A DNA stretch of 64,000 nt from Acanthaster planci. Its lineage: Eukaryota. Below are positions 13,401 to 28,200 of the stretch, piece after piece. The stretch is from positions 1,686,540-1,750,539 of the forward strand of contig NW_019091359.1 of the NCBI RefSeq assembly GCF_001949145.1, read 5' to 3'. Positions within the stretch are counted from its first letter, which is position 1. Every line of letters begins with the position of its first letter. The notes under the pieces are model-generated. The model was not told where the DNA came from. It saw only the letters and a program-made list of their open reading frames with translations, and made no database searches. Made by a program: the position numbers and the translations under genes.

Positions 13401-14360
13401 ACACCGAAAAGTACAAGAAGGAGCAATATGAGAAAGTGCAGGTAAGGCCTGGTTACATTCTGATTGAGGTCAGGAATACAAACATAGTGTGGATTCAGTG
13501 TGGTTTTGGAGTCGATTTATCATTGAAAACAGTCTTCTGGTGTACATGTGTGCAGGAGCCTCACCGGGATAAAATAAAATTTCGGGGAGGGGGGCACATC
13601 GAGGGTTGTGCACATTGCTCTCAGGGGGCAGCCCAAACCAATGACAATGTCACGATAAGCACAGGGGAAGTAATCAAACTGGTTGTGATACACAAACCAA
13701 CACCTTGGCACAAATGTCAAAATTGTATTGTACAATTGCATGCATCTTGAGCCCATGTCGAATAAAAGTTGTCATCGCAGTGTGTTTTAGCTGATATGCC
13801 AACAGTAGCCACTGGCTAGCGCCTGACAACAACTCCCTGATGTCAACATGGTCAAGACGATGCGTGTGTCACCCCCAGCAACAGCCAAAGGATTTGAACA
13901 CAGCCCTACAGTTGGAAAGTGATGAACTTTCCAGATCAAAACAATAACAGACTGTAGACAAATGGCTTTTATCTCAGCAAACCATATGCACTTTTCACTG
14001 TCCCAGGCCACATGTAACTACGGAGTAGGCGCCTCTACATGAGATAACCTTTGACATTCCCAAGACTGGTTGCCTGTCACTTTTAAATAGGCTAGAAATT
14101 TTTTTTCTCTGTAGCTGGTATCAACAGGTCTCAAATGTAGTAGTTTCAATGCCATTTGTTCTTAAATTCAGGTGCCAACGTCCATCATCTATGGCTCCAA
14201 GGATACTATGCTTGGAGATGTATCCCTTAAGAATCTCCGCAACCTGCCGAGGTCTGAAGTCCACGAAATCAAGGAGGCTGGTCACCCTTGCTACTTGGAC
14301 CAACCGCTAGAGTTTCACAAGTACCTGCATGAATTTGCCAAGAAGGTCTTTGGCAAGTAA
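10417..14360 (+). CDS. ABHD14A: ABHD14-family alpha/beta hydrolase (ABHD14A-like, N-terminal membrane anchor), 5 coding exons, 281 aa
   Basis: Exons 10417-10567, 11211-11338, 11995-12139, 13209-13441, 14172-14360; all GT-AG, phases 1/0/1/0, 846 nt in total. Motifs [21 protein letters not shown], nucleophile [12 protein letters not shown] and GHPCYLDQP. Hydrophobic N-terminus [16 protein letters not shown]. An acceptor near 10355 implies an upstream non-coding exon. The gene may be co-orthologous to ABHD14A and ABHD14B. Confidence 0.92.
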
Positions 14361-17300
14361 TAAAAAGGAAAGTTTTTATCTTTCAAGGGGAAAGAGATGC
14401 CATTGATTTTAAAGGAGAAATATAGAGGTCTGGAGAAATTGTCGGAGGCGGTAACATCAGAAGATTCGCCTTCTTGCTGTATTGTGTTCTCAATCAAAAG
14501 GAAAGCACCTTTGGAATCATTATTATTTACAATGCATATGTCATTCTTACCAGTGGCAGAATTTTCCAATAAATTCTACTCACCCCAAAAGAGACTTAAA
14601 TTGAGACAATTTATATGTAATCTCATTTCAGTTCTTGCTTTTGTAAAGTTTAGGTTTGGCATTAATCCATCTCACTGGCGTTATTGGAATGCAGTAGTAC
14701 CTGGTTTGGAAGTGTGACGTCACTGCAGTTTAAACCACGCCCAGTGCACATGCACTGCACATAGACGGGTGAGATTTGTCAGCTTTTTAGCTGATTTCAG
14801 CTTTTTTTGTTTTGGATTTTCGCTTTCTTTTCCTCACTGGCGATGTACAGAAGTATAGGAGATTTTCACAGTTCAGCTTCTTTATGCTTTTTTTCAGCTG
14901 TTTTCAGCTATTTTTATCATTGATCAATCTCACCCCTGCATAGAGTGACATGCATTGATCACTGTTTACATAGAACTATGGAACCAGACGTTAACGCGCA
15001 ACTTCAACGATCATCCAATGGGAGCGTGCAAATCATGGCACGCCCGCCTTTGTGATGAAGTCACTTACGAACCGGACAGAGAATTTGGTCTTTTGTATAG
15101 CATATTTACCACTGTTCTTTTTATTCTGAGGGTCAGCCTTGGAATTCTGCTAATCAAAACTGTGAATGTACATGTACTTAGGTGTAAATTTTTCCCACAA
15201 GTTTGATGGCCCTGAATATACCAAAGTCTGAATCTCTAGAAGTTGAAATTTTGCAAGGTCACCCAAGAAGAGTTTCTCTTGGATTTGGCATCGATTTATA
15301 GCAAATATTCACAGGATTAGAAGATCTTACTACAAGCTAATTTGGCAACTAGAATTGGGAGCCAAAATGGTGACAGCATGCTCACATGCATGTGGGCACA
15401 CACGTCTTAACTCTCTTGTTGACCAAAAGGTCTCTGTTCTTCGTGGCTTGCCAAAATGGCACGTGCTGTACCCTTAATTGTCCAGTGGTTGGCAGATAGA
15501 GGACTTCTTGAGTTTGAGAACATGGTCTTTAGTGTGATGCCACTGCAATAATGGCATCTTCAGCATTGAGTCTGTCTTGGTAGAAAAGTGAGTTGTCATG
15601 TTGGGAGTTCATAGTCGCACGAGAGCAGATCCAGGGGTCAGTTTGGGACATGTCTCAAAAAATTGTAAGAATAATAATGATAATCAGAGAAAGGTAAGTT
15701 TTGTTGGCCTTTTCATTTCCCTTCAATAAGTGTTTAAAAACCCAAAGAATGTAGCCTCATTCCTCAGAAAGGCCGTAAAAGGTTACACAACAAATTGTCC
15801 AATTGTTTGAAAATTTGCTTCTAGATCTGTCCTTGGTGTTGCACTGTGTGATAAGTATCTTTAAAGGATTTGTTGAGGTTCTGTAAAGAAGCTGAGCCCT
15901 GGATGTGTTGTGCTTTTTCCAATCCTGAGACAATGGATAGATTGAAAGTCCCGTGGTTGTGTTCCGTAACCGGAACTAGCTAAGCATGGAGATACAGGTT
16001 GCTGCTCTGAAGTCCAAGTTTAAATTTGATCAGGCTGCTCTGTGATCATTGAGCTGCGGCTGTGACATTTCGTTAGCGTCATTTTGTTTTTCAGACATGC
16101 TGCATGTGAGATTAGGTTCTCAAGACAACCACTGCCACGGTTCTTTGTTACAAATGGACGTAAGCTTTGGTTAATTAATTCTTGTCCCTTTTTAAGACAT
16201 TCTGAATACTTGTCCAGTGGTGGAGGATAACTTGGCTTCGTGTACATTTGTATTTTGCGGATGGCTTGCTGTAAATAATTGCTTTGTCTTTCATAAGGAT
16301 GGGAGGAATTTAAACTAACTGGCTCTCATCACTTGTCTCCTTTGGCCAGTGTGCTATTGTGGAATGGTAGCGTGTAAACAAGCCTAGGGCAATTTTTAGG
16401 CTATTCTTGCTTGGTAAAATTCACCCACCTCCACCGTTGATGGCCGAAGGCATAGACAAATTCGTTAGGCTGTAACATTCAAAGGACCTCAGGCTGTACG
16501 TTTCACAATCCTGAAAAATCCACTCAAACCCTGTTAGATTTCAAAGGCTTTTGTCGGCCTGTTCGGGGTAAGTGTGTGTTTCTCCCTGCATGAAGAGTTG
16601 GGCAGTTCATTGCCATTTTTGTTGCTAACAAGTTTTATTTGGCATTTTTGCTTCATTTAACAAAACCTTATCATGAAGACGTTTAAGAAGATTCTGTTGA
16701 AATATGTCTTGCTTTGATGTAAAGTTTGAATTTAAAAATTCCAGATAAAGGGTGTAAATTTGGGTCTATTTTAGAATAGTGTACACGTCTCCTTAAAGGT
16801 GAGAATATTTAATATTTTGTATCTGCATGCAGCTGACGAAAGTGTCAATAAAAGGTGAAATTTGTTTTCCATTTCGATGAAGCACATCTAGAATTAAGTT
16901 GCATGTCTTTCTTCAGTGTTTCAGCTTGTGTCGATGGACTCCGTGGCCTTTTTATTACTCTCTGGCTATTTTCACAAACACGGTACAGATCAATGCCCGA
17001 TGAAAGAAACGGTTCTGATGCGTGAGAGACTGTATGTGAAGAGCGCCCTCTTGTCAAATTTGTTTATATATAGAGTAATTCGGAAACCGAATCCCTCATA
17101 AATCTTACGGCGTCCAACTCTTAAGAGTCTGTGCCGATTGAAATTCGTACCACTTGAACGTCTGAATCGACTCGCTACTGATGGGATGGCCTATTTCGTC
17201 TGATGGGGGGATTCGCTACGGCAGTTAGTCAGTAACTTACAAAGAACACATATGCATGTGTGAACCGTAGCCGTTACTTCCGGTCGCCTCTGAAATGTCC

Positions 17301-19200
17301 GAAATACTGCAGGAGCATAGATGTGATTTTCAATATAACAGGGCGTAACAGCCTTCGACCGTTTGTCTTTATGCAGGCGGCTGCTTTACATCACCTGCAC
17401 AGTAACCGTGCACTTATGATGCATTCATTCAGGGTTTTGGTCGACCGAGAAAAATGAACATTTTTCTTGAGGACCTTTTCGTATATTCCTTTACACGTTG
17501 CTCCCTTCCAAAAGAAGGTGTTACACGATATGTATCTTGGCAGTGTAGATTCCCGTAAGAAATGTACCGTATGTCCCCTTCACATCGGCACTACACGAAA
17601 AAGGTGGCGCCCGATATTCACAATCCTTGCTATACGAGTATACGATTCTCTTTTCCCCCCAAAACGAGGCGGAGATTTGCTGTCGTATTTTTTGATAATC
17701 GACGCAGTGCATGTTTTTATCATTCGGAACCCACCTGAGTTTTTCTACCGATGTCTTGCGGTTATTGTAACCTGGCTTTTTCTGAAAACTGGATTTAAAC
17801 ACTTCTAGTAAAATACGGTACCCATTTTTCCCGAGACTACACAGATTGGCCAGAATGTTTACCGATTGCCTCGACATTGTTTTGCTCAGTGCAAGCAGAG
17901 CCCTAAATAAACATGAAAACAAAACTGAGAATATGGAATCGAAATTTCACACGAGTACTTCGAACGGATGTCCTTATCGAATTTCAAAAAAGACTGGTGT
18001 CGAGACAAAAGAGACCTTACCCCTATACACCTGGCTGAGAAGGTCCGAAAAATGAAATTTCATGAAGAGTATGTTATAGGCCTACTTATATCTGCACTAG
18101 AGCAATAACACTTCAATAATAGACTGACCAATCATAATCGTTGGTATGAGAAGGTTGACCCTGGAGTTCCAAGACTAATATGAATATTACATACTTAATA
18201 GCAGAATTAAGGAATCTAATTGGCTGACGATGAATGTCTGAATAGGAGCTTGATTAGTTAAAACTCTGTTATTACAAAGGTCATTTGACGCTGCAGGCGA
18301 ATAAAACAACTCTCGCTTCTCGCTTGCACGATGTATGAATGGCCTACTCCCTTTCTTGAAACTTATTTTCCAGAACCTATCAAAGACAGCAATCAGGACG
18401 CAAAATTCGGTCTGTGTAACTGAATAAAATCGTATGATTTATGTTTCGTTTAATTATATACATGGCGTTCGTATTTACTGAACTATAGTACAATTGATTT
18501 TTGGCTTTATGTAAATTAAACGTTACCGTATTCAAATCAGGCATAATTATCATCAAAGTACATTAACCGTTCCGTTTTATTTACAGGACATTTAGCAATT
18601 TAAAGATTGGGTTTATGATGGGAAAAGTCTTAATTGCATAGTTTAGCTCAACGTTTATGTACGATTACATTCATGTTGTGATTAATGTGTCTGTGCGAGG
18701 GACTGGAACCGTGGACAATGGAAGCTGACAACAAGGTCGAATTTCGGGTACGTAATTTCTTTGACTCCTTAGGCCTACTGGTTGCAAATGAACAGCTTAA
18801 AAAATAAAGCATTGAAGAAATGATTAGATTCACTATTCTGGAAGGCACTCAAGCGAAAGTAAAACATGTATTAATGGTCTGGTCAGGTTTACACGCATTT
18901 GATAATGACATTCACTTGGTCACGTACAATTCGTGTTTGAATTGCACTCAGTACATGTAGTAGCTTTCCTTGCGTTTGGAGCATGTACTTCGGAAACCAA
19001 TATCGCCAACGCTGTGAACCTTCCCAGCAGGAAAGTAGTACCGTTGTGAACGGGCAGTGTTGACAGTTGCCGCGATTACCTTTGACAGAATACTATGTTG
19101 CTTATAATATATTATTTGTACATTATTCACAGTTCTTAGGTGCCGGTTAGGCTACACGCCTTAAAGCCTTAGGTGTACACTTCCAGGGCTTTGGATGAAT

Positions 19201-22200
19201 TTATATAGTTGCTGTTACTAAACTATGGACGACTGTTTCAGTGTGTACTGCGGTCGTTTCTCTGCTTCTCGATTGGCCACCCTGGCGTCTCCGTTTTTTA
19301 TCCCTCCTCTTGGAAGGCTTTCGCCCCTGCCTCCTCGGTTTCGTGGTCACTTCAGCCGCCGTGGGCGCCTCGCTGCCGTCTCGGAGCGTCTGCGTGGACG
19401 CCGGCCCGTCTCCCGCCTCCGTGGCGCCCACCTGGTCGGTGGACACGCCCTTGCAGGTGTGCTGGTCCACCGTCTCCGTGCACTCGCTGCAGCGGACGAA
19501 GCAGCACCAGTGGAACTTGCACTCGCACTGGCTGGTGCGCTGCACGCGCATGGTGTTGTAGCCCCGCCCACAGCACATGACGTCACAGCTGTCTGGCCCC
19601 TGGGACGTCTTGTTGCAGACTCGGCCTGCCGTGCCCAGAGAACCTGCTCAAACAAAAGGAAGAGGCGACTATTAGTTTGGTGATTGCAGCGCCTTCAAGA
19701 AACACACAAATCTTCCACCTTGTTTGTACAAGCACAGCTTCTCTTCCCGCAGCGGCTACCTGAGCAACATGGTTGCAGCCTGGCCGCCGAATATTACACA
19801 AAGGTAACAGAAATTTCTCTTCCTTTACAATAAGAGAGGAGGAGAAGAATGTTTTTGAACAGATTTGAATTTGCTTCTGATCTTCTCCAGCCTTATAAAC
19901 CTTCTGCTATTGAGATTGGGACTAAAAAAACAAACTGCCTCCTTGGACAAGTTTAAAGCAACGTCACGCTGTTTTATTCTCTTGGACGTTGATAATTATA
20001 TTTCTGCTGACGATTTCTGAAGGGTTCGGATTAGCGCTACTGTTTAGGTTACCGTTGAATTGGACGCAGTGTTGAGCATAAAGGGAGTTTTTGAAGCTAA
20101 GATGATAAGATAAGACCTCTTCACTGACGTCAATCTCGTGTGCAGAGCTATACCCCTATCTGGCCCCTGAATTATCACTTGTCTGAGGGGCCAACTGGCA
20201 TGGGCGCCTTACCGGTTTCAGGATCATGTTTGCAGTAGTCCGGCGATTCTTCGAAGTACACCAGGTTAGCCCGGTTTGGCCTGCGATGGGTTCTAATCAC
20301 GCTGAGCCCCGTGCCGTCCTGGACCATGGTCACTTCCGAGGCCTGGTCGTACTTGGCCCGCAGGTAGCTGCCCACTTCTCGGAAGTCCTGCATGGCTTTC
20401 CAGCAGGTACGGATTGAACACGATCCGCTGACGCCGTGGCATTTGCATTCCAGCTTCATGTTTTTCATCACTGCCTGTATATCGGAAGCGAATACGCAAA
20501 GATCACACTAAGATGTATGAAAATGCAGAACTTAACAAATAACAACAGGATGGACAGTCTAGAGAGTAGCCTAGCGTAATTTACGGGGCGTGCCCCTCCC
20601 CCCGCGGAAGTCCACGCCCTCAGGTGCCCCCAAGAGGTTGAAGGTGAACAACCTACATGTATGTACAAGCCAAAGTTACTTTGCTTGTAGTGCGCCCTTG
20701 AAAAAAGGGTGGCCCCAGAAATTTTATTTGACCATCTTGATGAAAACAGGTCGACGGTTTGTGACGCATTGCGTCCGTTGAGTGTCTTACCAAACGCTGA
20801 GCGTTTAAGGCCAGTCATTGAATTCATAAAACAAACAGCTATAACTGAATAGTAAATTAACGCTCATGATTCAAAATACAAAGAAAGCACGTGTGAAATG
20901 CTGGCTGTTTAGGCCTAATAATTATGATTGGAAACAAGATCTTTGCCGTTCAATTCTCAACTCCCCTCCAAAAAGCCTTCATTAAGACATTTGGGCTTTG
21001 AACGATGCGCATTTCGGTACACAAAATTGTGAATTATCTTTGCTCGAGTAAGAATCTGCACTTATATTCTGAAAAAAATTAGAAATTCTATCCGAAAGTT
21101 ACCTCAATCGTTGGCAATAGTTCGTCAAAAATTTTACCAGCTTTTGAAACTCTTCTCCAACGAATCACTGTCGAAGCTTGGGTGCAATTCTGATCTGAAT
21201 ATCAACATTTCAAAATTTAGGCCTAACATGCGCAACTGTTGGGTAACGAGATGACCAGATTCTCTCTCTGCTCACAAAAGACTAACATCTGCGACACCGT
21301 TTAAAACGACAGGCAGTTGATTGGTTGTACATTGGGAAGTGGAAATTGCCCAAATGGTTCATGGTGTGATACATGATATAATCGTATCGAGGCCTACCCT
21401 CCGACCAGCCCGGTTGTTGTGGAGGTTCATCAGCGCCCTCGGGTCTCTGTCCTTCCGTTCACGGGCGTCCACGAACTGCCGGGCGAAGTCGTGGGCGAAC
21501 TGGACGTTGTCGCTGCAGCCGCCCCAGTCGAACACACCGTGCTCGTCCCTGCTGGAGCCCTTCTTGGACGGGTCGCAGGCACAGTCCAGCAGCTCCCCCT
21601 TGCTGCAGGACCGGGTGATCTCGTGCACCACGCCGGCCGAGGAGATGGCGTAGACGAAGGCCGCCTCTTTGCTGGCTTCTGGGGCAAAAACAGAAAGATA
21701 AAGTTGAGGATGAATCTATCGTTGAGTGAGATTCCGTCCTGCATTACACTAACTCTACACCTTGCCATCGGTGGATCCAGGGGCAACGGGGACTAAGCCC
21801 AAGCATGAGGGAGGATAGAGGTTCGGATGACGCCCCCCACACACTTTTTTTTCGAATCCTGAAAACCCTACCTGTATCATAAATAAATCAACCGTAAAAC
21901 AAAGGTCTTATGTTTGATGTCCCTCTTACATTTTCCCGGGGAACATATCCTAACCCCCCCCCCCCAGTCATGCATTTCATGCTCCTGGACATCTGTCACC
22001 TCTATTAGGGCCTAATTCTAAAATTGTGTCAAACAACATTCCCAAATTAGGCTCACCCGTCGGAAATGTAAACTACAGGTTACATAGAAAAAAGTTCCAA
22101 ATAGTTTGTTCCCTCCTCCCAAAAAGTCAACCAAGATTTGGTCCTGGAATAGGACTTGCACCATGCATAACGAGATAACGTCATAGCAGACGCGCTGTTG

Positions 22201-25200
22201 TATTAGCTTTTGATGTGCTTGTTATCATTAAAGACTTGATCCAAATTTTAAGTTAAAAAAAATCCAAAAACCTTCAAAATAATAATGCTTTTATAAAATT
22301 CCAAAACTTCTAGACTGATAACCACATTGCAAAAGCCGAGTGATTGGTGTTAATGGAAGGCGTAATATCATAGCCAAAGATGAGCAAAGTGACAGATTAC
22401 AACGGACTGGGGAATTCAGGATCAAAATCGGAACTCTGAAAGAGGCAAAATTTGGGACAGCCAAGTCGCCGTTCCCGTGCGATTGATAAATGTAAACCTA
22501 GGATGGTAAAAATAAACGGCAAAAGCTTGGAATACGGTGTTACAAAATACTCCCAGTTAGGCTATTCTTATACTACTAGTTTCTTTGTTGTAGCTTAGTG
22601 TGGAATTTAACCCACAACAACGGAGAGAATCATTATGGACAAACTAAATAAAGTGTTAATCATGCATGGTTCACTCATTTTGTTGAAAGTCACTAAAACG
22701 GACGTCTTTATAGATCTTTGCCATGGGGGACAGGCGTACGCAGCATGGTTCTAACCTAGAGCAGAGAAGTGTCTTTCTTGCTCTCTGGTTCCAGATTTGG
22801 TGTCAAAACATTGTCCAGACATAAATTGGAACTTTAGTAGACCCGGAGTTACCAGCCAACAACCTTTATCCTTTTCACGATTGCAACATCTCCCATGGTC
22901 GTGTTTTGACGGGCGGTCACGGAACATCCTACCGAATCCTCCATCTCCAACGACCGGCAAAGCTGAATCAACAAACCGCTAAGACCTCGACATGCGGCCA
23001 CCCGTAATGTTACGCCCGGTGGAAAACACCCATGTAAGCAAACGGTGGTATCTCCCGCTCGGGGCAGGTCCAGTTGAAAGGCGGAAGCCGACATTCATAG
23101 CTTGGAGGGGAAAGACACTGGATATGATACGGCTAATTTGGTTACCCCCAAGATATTGGGAAAGCTTAGAGCATGTACCACACCATCGGCTGATTTCAGT
23201 GCACTGGAGTTTGTAGCTCGAAGGTCCTGAAGCGCATCAGATGCAAACATTACTTGTCGAAAATGACAGTGTTCACTCTTATTATTGATAATTGCCTCGA
23301 AAGAGGGCGCTTGAAGCGCTTGTGTATTTGCATGCAGTGCTTATCGAATACATACATAAACTATTCGGTTACCCAAAAGATATTGAAATCTTGGAGTGCT
23401 TCTGGCAATTTATCATATACCTGATGTGTAAACTATCGTCACGGCTTTCGTCATCAGACACTTCGATCTTGTCTTTTAGCAATAGGAACATCATCAAACA
23501 ATCCAAGGGTCGACGAGAGCATGTGAGATATTTTCTTGATATCAGCATGTCCGTTTCAAAGCAAGGTATGAAATTGTCATTGAAGACGGCCGTTTTTTAC
23601 AGCGTAAGGGATCTTTCTTTAAGTGGATTGTACTTGTTAGAATGCCTACATTTGCAAGCTTCCTGTAATAGGTTACCTGTAGATAATTCATACGACAATT
23701 TGAGAAAAGATCGGCGAAGGAATCATAAAAATCTACTAAAAAAAACCGGAGAATTGCCTGTTAGGATTAAATCCAAATAAAAGCGAGGGTGAAAACTGCA
23801 AATACCAAATGGGCTATGTCATTCCAAGTAATTGGATTAAAATTTATTTCTGGTTCTGGTTTCTGCTTCCAAAATGGACCGATTTTAACCAATTTTGGGT
23901 AAAATGAACCAGATCAACGTTTTAAGCCATTTTTATAAACTCACGTGGTGTAAAGAGAACCATTTCTTCAATGCACGGAGTGTTGGACGCTAAGGTAAAG
24001 TTATTATTTGCTAGTCCTTTCTGTGCCGTTGCACATTTTGAATTTTGTTAAGCTTCTTGCAAAAATTGGAATTAACTAGACCTTTAATTTCCATTGTGAC
24101 TAATACTTTAAATACGTCAGCCATGCATTTTCCATTCTTAAAGGCACAAGCAACCCAGCTAGTACAATATTATGTTGTATCAACACTGTCGCGAGGACCA
24201 ACTGAATTATTAATTATTCGATTATGTCGATAGTAATTTAGGACAAGACGAAGTCAAACACAGCTTACAGCGGGTCGAAGCCGTGCGACCGCGCGATGGC
24301 CAAGAAGCGTGTTGTGACGGTATGAGCCCTGTACACGTACACCCCGTTTCTCTGGTCTACGAATCGATTTATTTAAAAAAGGCTGAGTCAAGTGGAATTC
24401 TTTCCATTGAGAACTATAGAGTCATCACCTGCAATTCTTGCCAACTGGATCCAGTGTAAAGAAACCTGAATTCTAACTGTCATGCAGGCACTTTTTTGAT
24501 GCTAAAGATGACTTTCTAGAGCAGGGAACTTCATTTTTTGTCTAGGTAACTTGATTTTTTTCTTCATCTTGCTCGATGTCCATTTGAAAAACCAGCCCAA
24601 TTTTGGTGGACTCAACAGGCTAAGTGCTGGTGCATTGTTAGTTATTGTTATGAGGGAGAGTTATTCGCAAGAACTTGAGACTTGGAGATGCTATAATGAA
24701 ACGTATTCGGGAGAAAAAGAAAAATACAGGCTGGAAACTACGGGCTAAATGAAAGGAAAACAATATGAACAAACAAATTTGATGAACTATTTTTTACACT
24801 ATTATTCAGTACAAAGATATTAAATGGAAACAGTCGTGTCTCTTGTTGCAGTTTATAACTATATGGCCAACCACAGCTGTGTACAGTTATGTCAATTTGC
24901 AGTAAGGTAGGAAAAGAAACGACATTCTTTTATCATCAATAACAAAAAGGGCGATTAGGAAAACTAAACATACGCAATGCTTCAGGAACTAAAATCATAT
25001 TAAAAGTTCATTAAGGTATAATCGTGTATCCCCAACGGATTCTGTCGTCGGGAAGTCTTTTCTCTGTTAGTCCCACAGGAATCTACGACTAGTTCGAGGA
25101 GAAAAAATCGTTTTCCACTGGGTATCGACCCGCTGGTAAGCCCCATTGTGGCCTCCGCATGACCTCGCATTCTCCCATTTTCCGCCTGATTACCAACAAT

Positions 25201-28200
25201 TAATCTAATCTCGCTGAAACCTGCCAGAGGTAATTACACCACCAGTGGGCCGAGCCGTCCACCGCCCCCTGCTGCCATGGGCGACATCGCCGGCAAAGGG
25301 TTCTCGCGAAAACATGCACCCCTTTTCTTGTCCCATCATAGAGAAAGGACCCTTGTCTATGGTCCAATTTTATCCTAGCCAAAATTTGAGGGGATCTGTG
25401 GCCAAAAAGTTGGATATAAAGGGACATCCTCTCCTTCCTCCAAAAAGGAACGGGACACCTTGTTACATTGTTTACTCGGATATTGTAGGCAACACAACGG
25501 CTATACAAAAGTATTTCAGTGTCGTCGACCATGCGTTGACAAAAATACTCTACGAAATCTCCAAGATTACATTCCAACAATCCTCCTCCTTTCCCATGTA
25601 CTTTGCGCAGTTCACACATTTTATTTTTTTCACCAAAATAACGAGCGAGCGAAACGCCTAAGGGACGGCAACTTCCGCTCCTGATGCCCCAGGCGCGCTC
25701 CGGATTAAACCTCCCGTTACAGGAAACCCTTTTTTGTGGAACTTTTTTTTCTTTGGTTCCAAATGGAGGTTGCTACACTTTTTGATTAAAGTCAACAAAC
25801 TAGAAATCCGACAAAGGGTCCCCCTCTGTTTAATATGCATTGTGGGTTGTTGCCATTCTTGTTAGTGATGATGGAGAAATTTTTCTCCCGAGGCATAGAG
25901 CCGATGATTGAACTATTTTGCCAAGTTTGTTACAGTTCCAAAGCAAAAAAAAAAAGAACTATAGAACAGAAGTACTTTCCCGTGCAAAGTGTTTTACTAC
26001 GCCCGGCTTTGTTTCACGTTCTTTGTGTAGTACACTCTCATTTTTTACTCATGTTCTATTTGTCGGCAGTGAAAGTTGTTAATGTCACAAGTCTAGTGGG
26101 GCGGCTTACTTCCAAATTCACCCTAATCTCTCCCAAATCGAATTTCAAGGGCGAGATTACCAGTGGTCCTCCTTTCCCGGGCCTGCAATTTGGTCCTGAA
26201 CCCTGCTTGCAGATGGTCCACCCACTGAAGTGGGTGGATGACTATTACGAGAGTTCTGTCATCGGGACAAATCCCAGGAATGTCTGACTAAATATTGAGG
26301 GCCGGACCGGATCGACATCTTTAAAAAGCAAAAAACAAAAAAACAAAAAACAAAACAAAAAAAGCAAAAGTGACATTTCGTGATGTACTAGGCACGCTGT
26401 AAATTCCCCGGTGTGGATGCAAAGATACTTGGGCGACCTAATGCGATTAGGAAGGATGGAAGCGCAATATTGGGGTTGCGTCTGCAACCGACCACCGAGG
26501 CAGAAACGGGCCCAGGTTAGGCGCATACTTGACCCCGAAATAGTATGGTTTGAGAGGACACAATGGCCACCGTCAGTTCATGCTTCCAGAGGAAAACCCC
26601 AGTCTACTCGGCCAGGCGAACTTAAAAGTCTCAGGAGATCAGATAGGAGATAAATTCAATCCGTACTTCTCGAGAACTCACCCAAGCAGAGGTTTTTTTC
26701 TGTTGGATATTCCCTCCTTTTTTTACCGTTAACCCTATAATCGAACTTCCGCGGAAAGCTAAGATTTGGTTTGCGGCTGTTTTGCCATCTCTTCTGCATT
26801 CCAGACCAGATTCTGGGAACATTGATGAATCATCGCCATGTTGTTGCCAAGTCGGTCTGCTCGGTGGCATTTGTCAGGTGCGTCACTGATCCCCAGCATT
26901 ATGACAAAAATTACATCAACCACAGGTGTTCTATTCCGGGCCAGCAAAGGCCAGGAATAATCATTAACACAGAGGGTTTTTTTTTTCTTTCTTTCTTTCC
27001 TTCTTTCTTTTCCCCCTATACCTAGTCAGACAAAAAACCTAAAGGTGTACGGTCTGAAAAGAATGTCAACGGTTAGTGCTGTGCCCCGTCAAGACCTGCC
27101 ACAAAAGTCTGAAGGAGTCATCCTCACGATTTGCAAAGGGTTCAATTTGCGGCGAACAAACAGTCATTTTCGGCTCCTCTTCGCTGGCTTTTGTTGGATG
27201 TCACGATGAGATGAGTTCACCGTAGCCCCGAGCTGCATGCATGGGGCCGGAGAACCGAGCAAGTGCCGGGAAAATGAAGGTTGCCAACTGCTCAACTCGT
27301 CCCTGAGCGCGGAAACTCTATTATGTCATCTGACATCCTTTATTATATTTCTTTCATGTTTCTCCGATGAGGTTCATTTTAGATCCAAGCATGGTGGCCT
27401 AAGTATTTTGAATCTTTCTAAAAATGGTGCTTACAATTTGAAATCATCACAGATTTCTGTTACGATTGCGTTCCTCTTCCGAGCCCAATCTTACAAAATA
27501 AGTTGAAATGGCCATTTCTGAGCCAAAAGCCTTTAAACCAAAAACATTTTTCGCCCACGCAATTTGTTCTGTCTAACCCACAATGACACAGAGAAAAAAA
27601 GATGGTTCATTTTGTGAGATTTTATCACAATTGCATCTCGCGAAGGAGGTGCAATATTGTACAATGTCCATGCAATTATAATGTCAAATGAGGGTGTGAC
27701 GGACTTCAATAGATCTCAACGCGAAAGCAGGAGCTTCCTTCATAAACCATTCCTGGGGTGAAATCGTCAAGCAGTTATGCACATGTACTCACTTTTTAGC
27801 ATGACTTTGCCGAAGACCGACGTGTCCCTGTCCATGGTGCTGCAGTTCCAGCGACCGTTGCGGAACTGGTACTGACACTCCTTCACGCCCTCCCGGGCCC
27901 CTCGGCCAATGCTGACCATTACGTCCGGGTAATTCCGGCACAGCTCCCGCTGCTTGCCCACCAACCCCGGGATGTTGTCGCACATGATACGGGTGCCTAC
28001 CGCGCTGAGTTGACTGATAAACCTATATCGTGGGTTCGGACCAAAAAAAGTCCATCACTAGCGGAATAGCACTGTAAAAGACGGCTCGTATCTTATGCAA
28101 AAGACGCCAGGAACTAATTAAATAAACGGTTTGAAAAACAATAGTATTCAGCAAGTTTTAAAGCCGGCTCATACCTCGGGTGAACGCCAAAGGAAAGTGA

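Noticed and set aside
14765..14938. Small element with GGGTGAGATT…AATCTCACCCC ends downstream of ABHD14, with a similar end near 47575-47590
   Set aside because: Probably a decayed MITE, but its boundaries and TSD could not be fixed with confidence.
19340..19385. SEAPT motif shared between the Wnt2 tail and the linker of the neighbouring secreted protein, suggesting exon capture
   Set aside because: The codons differ (AGC GAG GCG CCC ACG vs TCA GAG GCC CCC ACT) and both regions are low-complexity; best explained as chance.
23292..26287. ORFs of 138-162 aa inside Wnt2 intron 2
   Set aside because: No recognisable domain, no coherent splice structure, and lengths compatible with chance.
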